The position numbers were made by a program, and so were the translations under genes. From Eledone cirrhosa (lineage: Eukaryota): 64,000 nucleotides of DNA. Under the pieces are notes generated by a model. The model ran no database searches and had not been told where the DNA came from. It was given only the letters and a program-made list of their open reading frames with translations. Within the stretch, counting starts at the first letter, position 1, and each line of letters opens with the position of its first letter. Shown in pieces: positions 15,001 through 26,807 of this stretch. The stretch is taken from NCBI GenBank assembly GCA_964016885.1, contig OZ024742.1, forward strand, positions 370,388,001 through 370,452,000, in the 5' to 3' direction.

Positions 15001-18000
15001 TGATACCAAAACGACCACTTTACACTATGGACTGTGTGCCTTTTGTCATGACACCAAAACGACCACTTTACACTATGGACTGGGTGCCTTTTGTCATGGC
15101 ACCAAAACGACCACTTTACAGTGTGGAGTGGGTGCCTTTTGTCATGGCACCAAAACGACCACTTTACAGTATGGACTGGGTGCCTTTTGTCATGACACCA
15201 AAACGAACACATTACAGTGTGGACTGGGTGCCTTTTGTCATGGCACCAAAACGACTACTTTACAGTGTGGACTGGGTGCCTTTTGTCATGACACCAAAAC
15301 GAACACATTACAGTGTGGACTGGATGCCTTTTGTCATGGCACCAATACGACCACTTTACAGTGTGGACTGGCTGCCTTTTGTCATGGCACCAAAACGAAC
15401 ACATTACAGTGTGGACTGGGTGCCTTTTGTCATGGCACCAAAACGACCACTTTACAGTATGGACTGGGTGCCTTTTGTCATGACACCAAAACGAACACAT
15501 TACAGTGTGGACTGGGTGCCTTTTGTCATGGCACCAAAACGACCACTTTACAGTATGGACTGGGTGCCTTTTGTCATGACACCAAAACGAACACATTACA
15601 GTGTGGGCTGGGTGCCTTTTGTCATGGCACCAAAACGACCACTTTACAGTGTGGACTGGCTGCCTTTTGTCATGGCACCAAAACGACCACTTTACAGTAT
15701 GGACTGGGTGCCTTTTGTCATGACACCAAAACGAACACTTTACAGTGTGGACTGCGTGCCTTTTGTCATGGCACCAAAACGACCACTTTACAGTGTGGAC
15801 TGGGTGCCTTTTGTCATGGCACCAAAACGACTACTTTACAGTGTGGCCTGTGTGCCTTTTGTCATGGCACCAAAACGACTACTTTACAGTGTGGACTGGG
15901 TGCCTTTTGTGATGGCACCAAAACGACCACTTTACAGTGTGGACTGGGTAACGTTTGTCATGGCACCAAAACGACCACTTTACAGTGTGGACTGGGTGCC
16001 TTTTGTCATGGCACCAAAACGACCACTTTACAGTGTGGACTGGGTACCGTTTGTCATGGCACCAAAACGACCACTTTACAGTGTGGACTGGGTGCCTTTT
16101 GTCATGGCACCAAATCGACCACTTTACAGTGTAGACTGGGTGCCTTTTGTAATGGCACCAAAACGACCACTTTACAGTGTGGACTGGGTGCCTTTTGTCA
16201 TGGCACCAAAACGACCACTTTACAGTGTGGACTGGGTACCGTTTGTCATGGCACCAAAACTACCACTTTACAGTGTGGACTGGGTGCCTTTTGTCATGGC
16301 ACCAAAACGACCAATTTACAGTGTGGACTGGGTACCGTTTGTCCTGGCACCAAAACGACCACTTTACACTATGGACTGTGTGCCTTTTGTCATGACACCA
16401 AAACGACCACTTTACACTATGGACTGAGTGCCTTTTGTCATGGCACCAAAACGACCACTTTACAGTGTGGACTGGGTGCCTTTTGTCATGACACCAAAAC
16501 GAACACATTACAGTGTGGACTGGGTGCCTTTTGTCATGGCACCAAAACGACCACTTTACAGTGTGGACTGGGTGCCTTTTGTCATGGCACCAAAACGACT
16601 ACTTTACAGTGTGGACTGGGTGCCTTTTGTCATGGCACCAAAACGACCACTTTACAGTGTGGTCTGGGTGCCTTTTGTCATGGCACCAAAAGGACCACTT
16701 TACAGTGTGGACTGGGTGCCTTTTGTCATGGCACCAAAACGACTACTTTACAGTGTGGACTGGGTGCCTTTTGTCATGGCACCAAAACGACCACTTTACA
16801 GTGTGGACTGGGTGCCTTTTGTCATGGCACCAAAACGACTACTTTACAGTGTGGTCTGTGTGCCTTTTGTCATGACACCAAAACGATTACTTTACAGTGT
16901 GGACTGGGTGCCTTTTGTCATGGCACCAAAACGACTACTTTACAGTGTGGTCTGTGTGCCTTTTGTCATGGCACCAAAACGACTACTTTACAGTGTGGAC
17001 TGGGTGCCTTTTGTCATGGCACCAAAACGACCACTTTACAGTGTGGACTGGGTGCCTTTTGTCATGGCACCACAACGACCACTTTACAGTGTGGACTGGG
17101 TGCCTTTTGTCATGGCACCAAAACGACCACTTTACAGTGTGGACTGGGTACCGTTTGTCATGGCACCAAAACGACCACTTTACAGTGTGGACTGGGTACC
17201 GTTTGTCATGACACCAAAACGACCACTTTACAGTGTGGACTGGGTACCGTTTGTCATGGCACCAAAACGACCACTTTACAGTGTGGACTGGGTGCCTTTT
17301 GTCATGGCACCAAAACGACCACTGTACAGTGTGGACTGGGTACCGTTTGTCATGGCACCAAAACGACCACTTTACAGTGTGGACTGGGTGCCTTTTGTCA
17401 TGGCACCAAATCGACCACTTTACAGTGTGGACTGGGTGCCTTTTGTAATGGCACCAAAACGACCACTTTACAGTGTGGACTGGGTACCGTTTGTCATGGC
17501 ACCAAAACGACCACTTTACAGTGTGGACTGGGTGCCTTTTGTCATGGCACCAAAACGACCACTTTACAGTGTGGACTGGGTGCCTTTTGTCATGACACCA
17601 AAACGACCACTTTACAGTGTGGTCTGGGTGTTTTTTGTCATGGCTACCAAAACGACCACTTTACAGTGTGGACTGGGTACCGTTTGTCATGGCACCAAAA
17701 CGACCACTTTACAGTGTGGACTGGGTACCGTTTGTCATGACACCAAAACGACCACTTTACAGTGTGGACTGGGTACCGTTTGTCATGGCACCAAAATGAC
17801 CACTTTACAGTTTGGACTGGGTGCCTTTTGTCATGGCACCAAAACGACCACTTTACAGTGTGGACTGGGTGCCTTTTGTCATGACACCAAAACGACCACT
17901 TTACAGTGTGGTCTGGGTGCCTTTTGTTATGGCTACCAAAACGACCACTTTACAGTGTGGACTGGGTACCGTTTGTCATGGCACCAAAACGACCACTTTA

Positions 18001-20665
18001 CAGTGTGGACTGGGTACCGTTTGTCATGACACCAAAACGACCACTTTACAGTGTGGACTGCGTACCGTTTGTCATGGCACCAAAACGACCACTTTACAGT
18101 GTGGACTGGGTGCCTTTTGTCATGGCACCAAAACGACCACTTTACAGTGTGGACTGGGTGCCTTTTGTCACGACACCAAAACGACCACTTTACAGTGTGG
18201 TCTGGGTGCCTTTTGTCATGGCTACCAAAACGACCACTTTACAGTGTGGACTGGGTACCGTTTGTCATGGCACCAAAACGACCACTTTACAGTGTGGACT
18301 GGTTGCCTTTTGTCATGGCACCAAAACGACCACTTTACAGTGTGGTCTGTGTGCCTTTTGTCATGGCACCAAAAGGACCACTTTACAGTGTGGACTGGGT
18401 GCCTTTTGTCATGGCACCAAAACGACTACTTTACAGTGTGGACTGGGTGCCTTTTGTCATGGCACCAAAACGACCACTTTACAGTGTGGACTGGGTGCCT
18501 TTTGTCATGGCACCAAAACGACTACTTTACAGTGTGGTCTGTGTGCCTTTTGTCATGACACCAAAACGACTACTTTACAGTGTGGACTGGGTGCCTTTTG
18601 TCATGGCACCAAAACGACTACTTTACAGTGTGGTCTGTGTGCCTTTTGTCATGGCACCAAAACGACTACTTTACAGTGTGGACTGGGTGCCTTTTGTCAT
18701 GGCACCAAAACGAGCACTTTACAGTGTGGACTGGGTACCGTTTGTCATGGCACCAAAACGACCACTTTACAGTGTGGACTGGGTACCGTTTGTCATGACA
18801 CCAAAACGACCACTTTACAGTGTGGACTGGGTACCGTTTGTCATGGCACCAAAACGACCACTTTACAGTGTGGACTGGGTGCCTTTTGTCATGGCACCAA
18901 ATCGACCACTTTACAGTGTGGACTGGGTGCCTTTTGTAATGGCACCAAAACGACCACTTTACAGTGTGGACTGGGTACCTTTTGTCATGGCACCAAAACG
19001 ACCACTTTACAGTGTGGACTGGGTACCGTTTGTCATGGCACCAAAACGACCACTTTACAGTGTGGACTGGGTGCCTTTTGTCATGGCACCAAAACGACCA
19101 CTTTACAGTGTGGACTGGGTGCCTTTTGTAATGGCACCAAAACGACCACTTTACAGTGTGGACTGGGTGCCTTTTGTCATGGCACCAAATCGACCACTTT
19201 ACAGTGTGGACTGGGTGCCTTTTGTAATGGCACCAAAACGACCACTTTACAGTGTGGACTGGGTGCCTTTTGTCATGGCACCAAAACGACCACTTTACAG
19301 TGTGGACTGGGTACCGTTTGTCATGGCACCAAAACGACCACTTTACAGTGTGGACTGGGTGCCTTTTGTCATGGCACCAAAACGACTACTTTACAGTGTG
19401 GACTCGGTGCCTTTTGTCATGACACCAAAACGACCACTTTACAGTGTGGTCTGGGTGTTTTTTGTCATGGATACCAAAACGACCACTTTACAGTGTGGAC
19501 TGGGTACCGTTTGTCATGGCACCAAAACGACCACTTTACAGTGTGGACTGGGTACCGTTTGTCATGACACCAAAACGACCACTTTACAGTGTGGACTGGG
19601 TACCGTTTGTCATGGCACCAAAATGACCACTTTACAGTTTGGACTGGGTGCCTTTTGTCATGGCACCAAAACGACCACTTTACAGTGTGGACTGGGTGCC
19701 TTTTGTCATGACACCAAAACGACCACTTTACAGTGTGGTCTGGGTGCCTTTTGTTATGGCTACCAAAACGACCACTTTACAGTGTGGACTGGGTACCGTT
19801 TGTCATGGCACCAAAACGACCACTTTACAGTGTGGACTGGGTACCGTTTGTCATGACACCAAAACGACCACATTACAGTGTGGACTGCGTACCGTTTGTC
19901 ATGGCACCAAAACGACCACTTTACAGTGTGGACTGGGTGCCTTTTGTCATGGCACCAAAACGACCACTTTACAGTGTGGACTGGGTGCCTTTTGTCATGA
20001 CACCAAAACGACCACTTTACAGTGTGGTCTGGGTGCCTTTTGTCATGGCTACCAACACGACCACTTTACAGTGTGGACTGGGTACCGTTTGTCATGGCAC
20101 CAAAACGACCACTTTACAGTGTGGACTGGGTACCGTTTGTCATGGCACCAAAACGACCACTTTACAGTGTGCACTGGGTGCCTTTTGTCATGGCACCAAA
20201 ACGACCACTTTACAGTGTGGACTGGGTGCCTTTTGTCATGGCACCAAAACGACCACTTTACAGTGTGGACTGGGTACCGTTTGTCATGACACCAAAACGA
20301 CCACTTTACAGTGTGGACTGGGTACCGTTTGTCATGGCACCAAAACGACCACTTTACAGTGTGGACTGGGTACCGTTTGTCATGGCACCAAAACGACCAC
20401 TTTACAGTGTGGACTGGGTGCCTTTTGTCATGACACCAAAACGACCACTTTACAGTGTGGTCTGGGTGCCTTTTGTCATGGCTACCAAAACGACCACTTT
20501 ACAGTGTGGACTGGGTGCCTTTTGTCATGACACCAAAACGACCACTTTACAGTGTGGACTGGGTGCCTTTTGTCATGGCACCAAAACGACCACTTTACAG
20601 TGTGGTCTGGGTGCCTTTTGTCATGGCACCAAAACGACCACTTTACACTGTGGACTGGGTACTTT
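1..20665. repeat. 48-bp satellite array (~430 monomers), consensus AGTGTGGACTGGGTGCCTTTTGTCATGGCACCAAAACGACCACTTTAC; runs off the left edge
   Basis: 48-bp period is visible directly. Recurring variant monomers define duplications of 720, 864, 1827, 2256 and 3072 bp, seen as offsets between matching ORF-track entries. Confidence 0.98.
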
Positions 20666-20721
20666 GGTAGTGTCATTAGAACATTGCATAGAATGTTTTT
20701 TCTTATTCATTCTGTCTCTCT

Positions 20722-20800
20722 GCTCTCAAATCCCACCGAGGTCAACTTTTCCTTTCATCCTTTTGAAATCGTTAAAAATGTTCCATTCTAGTACCAGGGT
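20722..20800 (+). mobile_element. Degenerate SINE fragment (Nin/Deu-type domain)
   Basis: CAAATCCCACCGAGGTCAACTTTTCCTTTCATCC...AGTACCAG matches the better-preserved copy at 30960-31092. Confidence 0.55.
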
Positions 20801-20807
20801 CAATTAT

Positions 20808-20889
20808 TCTTCTTCTTTCTCACTTCTCTCTCTCTCTCTCTCTCTCACTTCTTTCTCACTTCTCTTTCTCACTTCTCTCTCTCTCCCAC

Positions 20890-20963
<74 letters not shown>

Positions 20964-21003
20964 TCCCTCTCTCTCTCTTCTTTCTCACTTCTCCCTCCTT
21001 CTC
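20808..21003. repeat. (CT)n polypyrimidine microsatellite
   Basis: Direct inspection. Confidence 0.95.
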
Positions 21004-21009
21004 TGGCAG

Positions 21010-21151
21010 AAATCTGTTGTGTTCAGACCTGGAAAGGAAGTGGGTTCCGCCAAGCTTAAAAGAAACACTGTATGCCACTATGACGCCATCAGGAGTTATG
21101 GGGATCATACCATACCATCCCAAACCATACATAACAAATTTTTACAGCTAA
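21010..21151 (+). CDS. Possible terminal coding exon of an unidentified host gene (NLLCSDLERKWVPPSLKETLYATMTPSGVMGIIPYHPKPYITNFYS*)
   Basis: CAG acceptor follows a long pyrimidine tract, then 46 stop-free codons of non-repetitive sequence, with AATAAA near 21431. No homology recognised. Confidence 0.25.
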
Positions 21152-21774
21152 ATACACTTCACTGTGGTGGAAATTCTCTGACTTAACAATAATTTGGAGG
21201 TGAAGACATACTCAAACACACACACATACAAACAACTGTCAGATTAACCATCTACCAAATTCACTCATAAGTCATTAGTCAGTTTGAGATTATAGAAGGA
21301 CTGAACCTAGAACTACATGCTCAATTTTTAGTATTTTTAACCACCCATATCCGCCCAGAATTCTCTCACCTCTTTCTATTCAAACCAGCCATAACTAGCC
21401 ACTCATACAAATGTTAAGATATTGTTCACAAAATAAATAATATCAAAATCTCATGGATTCAATATTATGTGAGATATTATGTGAAGTAAAGTATTTACTC
21501 TGAAAATATAGTAGTAAATATAGATTAATATAAATGTTAAAGGGTTAATATATTTTATTACTACTCTTAGTAGATCATTTATTAATATATACACTTGGAA
21601 CATTAAGAACTTTCCAGAAATTCTGGTCATGTGATACATTATAAAAAGAGACTAAAACTTTAGATCAGCAGCAAAAATATCCATTTTTCTCCTGGTAATA
21701 GTTACTTTGTAATTATGCCATAGGTTTGGTAATTCAAATGTTTATAGCATCTTTATTCATTGACAGATTGTTGG

Positions 21775-23250
21775 GAAAGCCAGAAATGTTAGAATAAAGA
21801 AAGACCTGGGCAGAGGTGGTGAGAGATCATCTTAAATCGGTGAGTCTCACAAAGAAGATGGCAAAGAAACACGGCAAGTGGAGAGATGCTACGCTGAGAA
21901 AGACTCACCCAGTTTCTCCTTCAGTTCATTCAAGCTCTGCCTTTCTCTCACATTTACTTGGCACATCTAAGCATGGCTGCTTCATTTCTCTCCAGTCTAA
22001 GCATATCTTCTGCAGCCACATCCCATGCTTCACTACCATGTAGCACCACATGCCTTCTGCAGCCACATCCCATGCTTCACTACCATGTAGCACCACATGT
22101 CTTCTGCAGCCACATCCCATGCTTCACTACCATGTAGCACCACATGTCTTCTGCAGCCACATCCCATGTTTCACTACCATGTAGCACCACATGTCTTCTG
22201 CAGCCACATCCCATGCTTCACTACCATGTAGCACCACATGTCTTCTGCAGCCACATCCCATGTTTCACTAACATGTAGCATCACATGTCTTCTGCAGCCA
22301 CATCCCATGTTTCACTAACATGCAGCATCACACTTCACACGCAGGTGTCATACAGTCATCCTTTTGTATGTAGGGAGAAACCTTTTGTTGTCAACAGTGG
22401 GAGTAGCTCCCTAAACTTCTTCCATCCTATCCTTATTCTAGCTATTATACTTTCAGAGCACCCTCTTCCGCTGCTAATTAAGTCACCTAGATAGCAGAAG
22501 CTATCAACCAGTTCTATTGACCCTTCATATGACTTGAAGAGGTTTCCCTCAATTACTCCTACATATCTACATACAAAGTCTTCCTTTCCTGTTAGTCTAC
22601 CTGTTATCCCACTACATCTCTTGTGTAACCAAGATTTACATTGTGTATACTAAATGGAGTTTATGCCTACTCTTTTTCTACATATAGAGCAGGACCAGTT
22701 CCCTGCGGGAATCTGGGTCTTCTTTCCTAATCACTAGCACTTTAATTTTGACTAAATTTACTCTCAGTCCTTTTGATTCCAAATTCCATTTCCATAGTCG
22801 GAACTTATTTTCTAGTTTGTTTATGGATTCTGATATAAGAACCAAATCATCTACATCGAGAAAATTCCATGGGCAGCCAGTCTTAAAGTCCTCTGTTATG
22901 GCCTGAAGAACTCTGATGAAAAGCAGTGGACTAAGAACTGAACCTTTATGAACTCCTACCTGTACCTTGAATTCTTCCCTAAAGTCATTTCCTACTCTCA
23001 TCTCACTTTACTGACAGCTCCTCTGTACATAGCTTGCACTGCTCTCACAAGCCATTCTTCTACACCTAATTTCCTTAAGGACCACCAGATAAGGGATCGA
23101 GGTACTCTGCCATTGGCCTTTTCTAAATCAACAAAAACTAAATATAGTGGCTTATTTTGGGCTTGGAACTTCTCCTGTAGGTGCCTCACTAAGACGAGGA
23201 CATCTGTAGAGCTTTTCCTCGGCATGAAACCAAACTGCATCTCATCTAAT
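21775..23250 (-). mobile_element. Rearranged RTE-clade LINE fragment: RT region on the minus strand (23250-21910), ORF C-terminus inverted on the plus strand (~21775-21910)
   Basis: Minus-strand translations MQFGFMPRKSSTD, LVFVDLEKA, GVHKGSVLSPLLF, DVDDLVLI, HGSEAW; plus-strand KTWAEVVRDHLK...KWRDATLRKTHP. Homologous to 33134-35023. Confidence 0.9.
22006..22330. repeat. 47-bp minisatellite (~7 copies) inside the RTE fragment
   Basis: Unit TCTTCTGCAGCCACATCCCATGCTTCACTACCATGTAGCACCACATG; its reverse complement encodes the RTE motif VLHGSEAW. Confidence 0.92.
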
Positions 23251-23371
23251 TTGACTCTTTTCCTAATTATGTATCAATGGACTCCAGTATTGATCTGCTC
23301 ATCAGACATGGTGATTAGGATAAAAGAAATTCACTTTTCAAGGCATCCTACCTCTTATCGATATATATATC

Positions 23372-23541
23372 TGAAGGGGCATGGCTCAGTGGTTAGAGCA
23401 TTGGCCTTGCAATCGAAAGGTTGTGAGTTCAATTCTCAGACCGGGTGATGTGTTGTTTCCTTGAGCAAGACACTTTATTTCACATTGCTCCAGTTTACTC
23501 AGCTGCAGAAATGAGATGATAGGACTGGGGTCCCTATCATT
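23372..23541 (+). mobile_element. tRNA-derived SINE with CORE-like domain, 3'-truncated
   Basis: A-box TGGCTCAGTGG, B-box-like GTTCAATTC, CORE-like CCTTGAGCAAGACACTTTA. Closely similar copy at 48308. Confidence 0.8.
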
Positions 23542-23817
23542 CTACTGCAAAGTGGTCGTGGAGGTGCCACGGCAAAAAAGCACCCAGCCCTCACTGTAAA
23601 GTGGATGTGGAGGTGCCACGGAAAAAAAAAGCACCCCGCACTCACTGTAAATTAGGTTGGTGTTAGGAAGGGCATCCAGCTGTAGAAATCAAGCCAGAAT
23701 CAGTTCCTGTATGAGCAAGACAAGGTCAGCCGACCGGACACTGCCCACATCAGGACAACCCGTCTAACCCATGCTAAGCGTGGAAGAACGGACGTAAAAC
23801 AGTGATGATGATGATGA

Positions 23818-23820
<3 letters not shown>
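23542..23820 (+). mobile_element. RTE LINE 3' UTR and (GAT)n tail
   Basis: Highly similar to 35055-35335, including both hairpin repeats; followed by (TA)n. Confidence 0.9.
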
Positions 23821-23888
<68 letters not shown>

Positions 23889-24048
23889 ATTCCTATAGAA
23901 TTCTTTCTGCCTTTGTTATTCTAAATATAGTTTTTAAAGAATTCCCTTTTCTTTAAACCCATCAACCAATGACCTCCACCCATCCCAATCACCACCCCCT
24001 CCTACCACCAGAAAAGATATAAATACCACCATATTACTTGGACAGTCT

Positions 24049-24097
24049 GCTTCCTGATGATTTCTCCTGAATGAAACAGTTCTAGTCCTGTAGAAGC
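24049..24097 (+). ncRNA. Type I hammerhead ribozyme (canonical core) in a (TA)n-flanked fragment, probably a Penelope pLTR remnant
   Basis: Stem I GCTTC/GAAGC, core CTGATGA, stem II TTC-TCCT-GAA, GAAA, stem III CAG/CTG, cleavage triplet GTA (after 24092). Confidence 0.8.
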
Positions 24098-24107
24098 CTT
24101 TCTATAT

Positions 24108-24178
<71 letters not shown>

Positions 24179-24282
24179 CAAAGGAATTGTGGTAAGGAAC
24201 CAGATGGACCATAACGCACCAGAGTACTCAATACAGAAATAGCCGTCGAAACGGCTTGAGCTCTGCCGTCGGGCTCATACTT

Positions 24283-24321
<39 letters not shown>

Positions 24322-24342
24322 GTATAATAAACAATACAATAT

Positions 24343-24420
24343 AATTACCTCATTACCAGAGGTTTCCCGAATAAGACGAATACGAAAAACGTCCTCATTC
24401 GTTCGTCGGACAAGGCAATT
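24343..24420 (-). ncRNA. Hammerhead ribozyme-like fold with variant core CCGACGA (3' pLTR, sense to the element)
   Basis: 11-bp stem I AATTGCCTTGT/ATGAGGTAATT, long stem II, GAAA, minimal stem III CC-TCT-GG, GTA triplet. Confidence 0.7.
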
Positions 24421-25068
24421 TAAAACAGTGAAATATTTGGAAAGTCTCCTCAAGAAATGCAAAAAATATATAAATAAAAGTAATGCAAGAGATATATAAA
24501 AAAATATTTAAAAAAATATATAAAAAAATTAAGGAAATATAGTTAGGGTATGTGTATATGTATGTATATACACAGACAAATGTACATATGTGTGTATGTA
24601 CAAATGCATGTGTATGGTGAAAATGTGTGCGTAAGTACATATATGAGGGCAATTATATTTGTGTATATGTGACCACAAATACGTATATAATGTGAGTTGA
24701 AAAAGAAATTGTATGATAATATAGTTAACACGCATCCAGATACAGGTATTAAATACACATACGAGTATGAAAGCACGCGTATAAACACACACACACGCGC
24801 GGTCACTTATATGCGGAAGATATGAGAGAAGAGAGTGTAATAGTAAAAAGAAGTGTCATTCTCTATATATGTATAAAAATGAAACAATATATGAGAACGA
24901 AAAAATGTTTAAATCAAAGAGAAAGTAATGTAATTAATTAACACTAGAGAAAAGAAAACAAACATAGGTACGCACGTACATACACATATATATATATAAA
25001 AATATTTATACACACAAATATGTACAGACAAAAGCGCATGCATGCGTACATACATACACACGAGGCAC

Positions 25069-25152
<84 letters not shown>

Positions 25153-25773
25153 CACGTAGGTACGCGACTATATATATATATATATCGCACGTACGTACGC
25201 GACTATATATATATATATACACATATACATACACACCCATACATACATATACATATATACACATATACATACACATACACATACATTCACCCGCACACAC
25301 ACACACGTAAAAATAAGAATGTAAAAAACATAGATAAATAAGTATAAAAAAACATAGATATAAAAACACACATACACACACATATATATACGTACGCACG
25401 CACACATACGGAGGCGTTCGTATACATATACAGAACGTATACACACATAAGCACACTCACACACATAGATACAGATTATAAACCAGCCGTATGAATAAAT
25501 GAGTACAAATATAAAATCGGCTGCGAAACAACAGAATATATCTGGGGTGGAAAACGCAAGTGACAAGTGTTATCAGGTAGTGAAAGAACATGGGAAAGTA
25601 AAATGTGGAATGTGAAGATATTAGGTAAGTGAATCGAAAAGTAGGGGGGGGGGGGTTACTGGTGGATGTGAAGTAAAAATAAAAATGAAATTAAAAATAA
25701 AGTTAAAAATGAAAGTAAATCAGAAAGAGAAGTCTGTAAAGAGGATAATTTAAGGAAAGTGAAGAATAAGAGT

Positions 25774-26380
25774 TTATGGAGGGTAAGTATCTGAAAGTGA
25801 GTTAAGTTTATATGAGCTGGAAAGTAAGTGTGATTCCATGTGTGGGCAACTGGTGAAAATTTCTGTTTTTGTATTTAGGCAGGTTTTGGGTGATTTAAGG
25901 TTCTGTAAAATCCAATATTTTTTACTTATGCAGAGTGTGCATCTTCTTGTTCCTCTTGAATATTCTTTAGATGGGTTCAAAATTGACCAATCCAATTTAT
26001 ATTGGATACCTTGGTCTTTCAAATCCCATATTCTGCTAGCCAGAGCTGTTGTGAATCTTTTTTCTGGATGTCGGAAAGATGCGACTTGTCAGTAATAACG
26101 CGTTTTGAATTTGTCTTGTATCATACCCACATATCGTTCGCTGGTGGCTGGTTGGTTGTTGCTGATGGTTGTCACTTTAGCCGCATATACAATGGCTTTG
26201 GTGTTGCATTTACCTTGTAATGGGCATTCACTTTTGACTCTACAGGAGCAATTTTGATGTTCTCTGGGTGATTTCTTATTGATGATATAAGATTTAATAG
26301 GGGGACCGCAGGAATAGCTAATTTTGACACAGTTTCTATTGAAGATTTTATAGTATCTATGTGTTCTAGGGAAATGTTTG
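25774..26380 (-). pseudogene. Penelope-like ORF remnant: zinc-finger linker plus GIY-YIG endonuclease
   Basis: ORFs 26089..26463 and 25774..26022 are in frame and separated by one TGA. Confidence 0.85.
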
Positions 26381-26729
26381 TGTGTGTTTATACGCGTGCT
26401 TTCATACTCGTATGTGTATTTAATACCTGTATCTGGATGCGTGTTAACTATATTATCATACAATTTCTTTTTTCAACTCATATTATATACGTAAATGTGG
26501 TCACATACACAAATATACTTTCCCTCATATATGTACTTACGCACACATTTTCACCATACACATGCATTTGTACATACACACATATGTACATTTGTCAGTG
26601 TATATACATACATATACACATACCCTAACTATATTTCCTTATATTTTTTTATATATCTCTTGCATTACTTTTATTTATATATTTTTTGCATTTCTTGAGG
26701 AGAGTTTCCAAATATTTCACTATGTTTTA

Positions 26730-26807
26730 AATTGCCTTGTCCGACGAACGAATGAGGACGTTTTTCGTATTCGTCTTATTCTGGAAACCTCTGGTAATGA
26801 GGTAATT
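26730..26807 (+). ncRNA. Inverted-pLTR copy of the CCGACGA hammerhead fold
   Basis: Same fold as 24343-24420, with one substitution in stem II. Confidence 0.7.

Noticed and set aside
40-20670. Very long ORFs (up to 1022 aa) with His/Cys/Trp repeats, resembling zinc-finger or structural proteins
   Set aside because: 48 bp equals 16 codons and several frames happen to lack stops. Frequent 47/49-bp monomers shift frame freely and stops occur, so there is no sign of coding constraint.
23372-23445. tRNA gene (also 48308 and 46055)
   Set aside because: No complete cloverleaf; each continues into a CORE-like SINE body.
26089-26091. In-frame TGA in the Penelope ORF as a possible selenocysteine codon
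   Set aside because: It aligns to a non-cysteine position (RYY*Q versus RWYNH in the 37132 element) and the adjacent conserved His is also lost. Ordinary decay is more likely.
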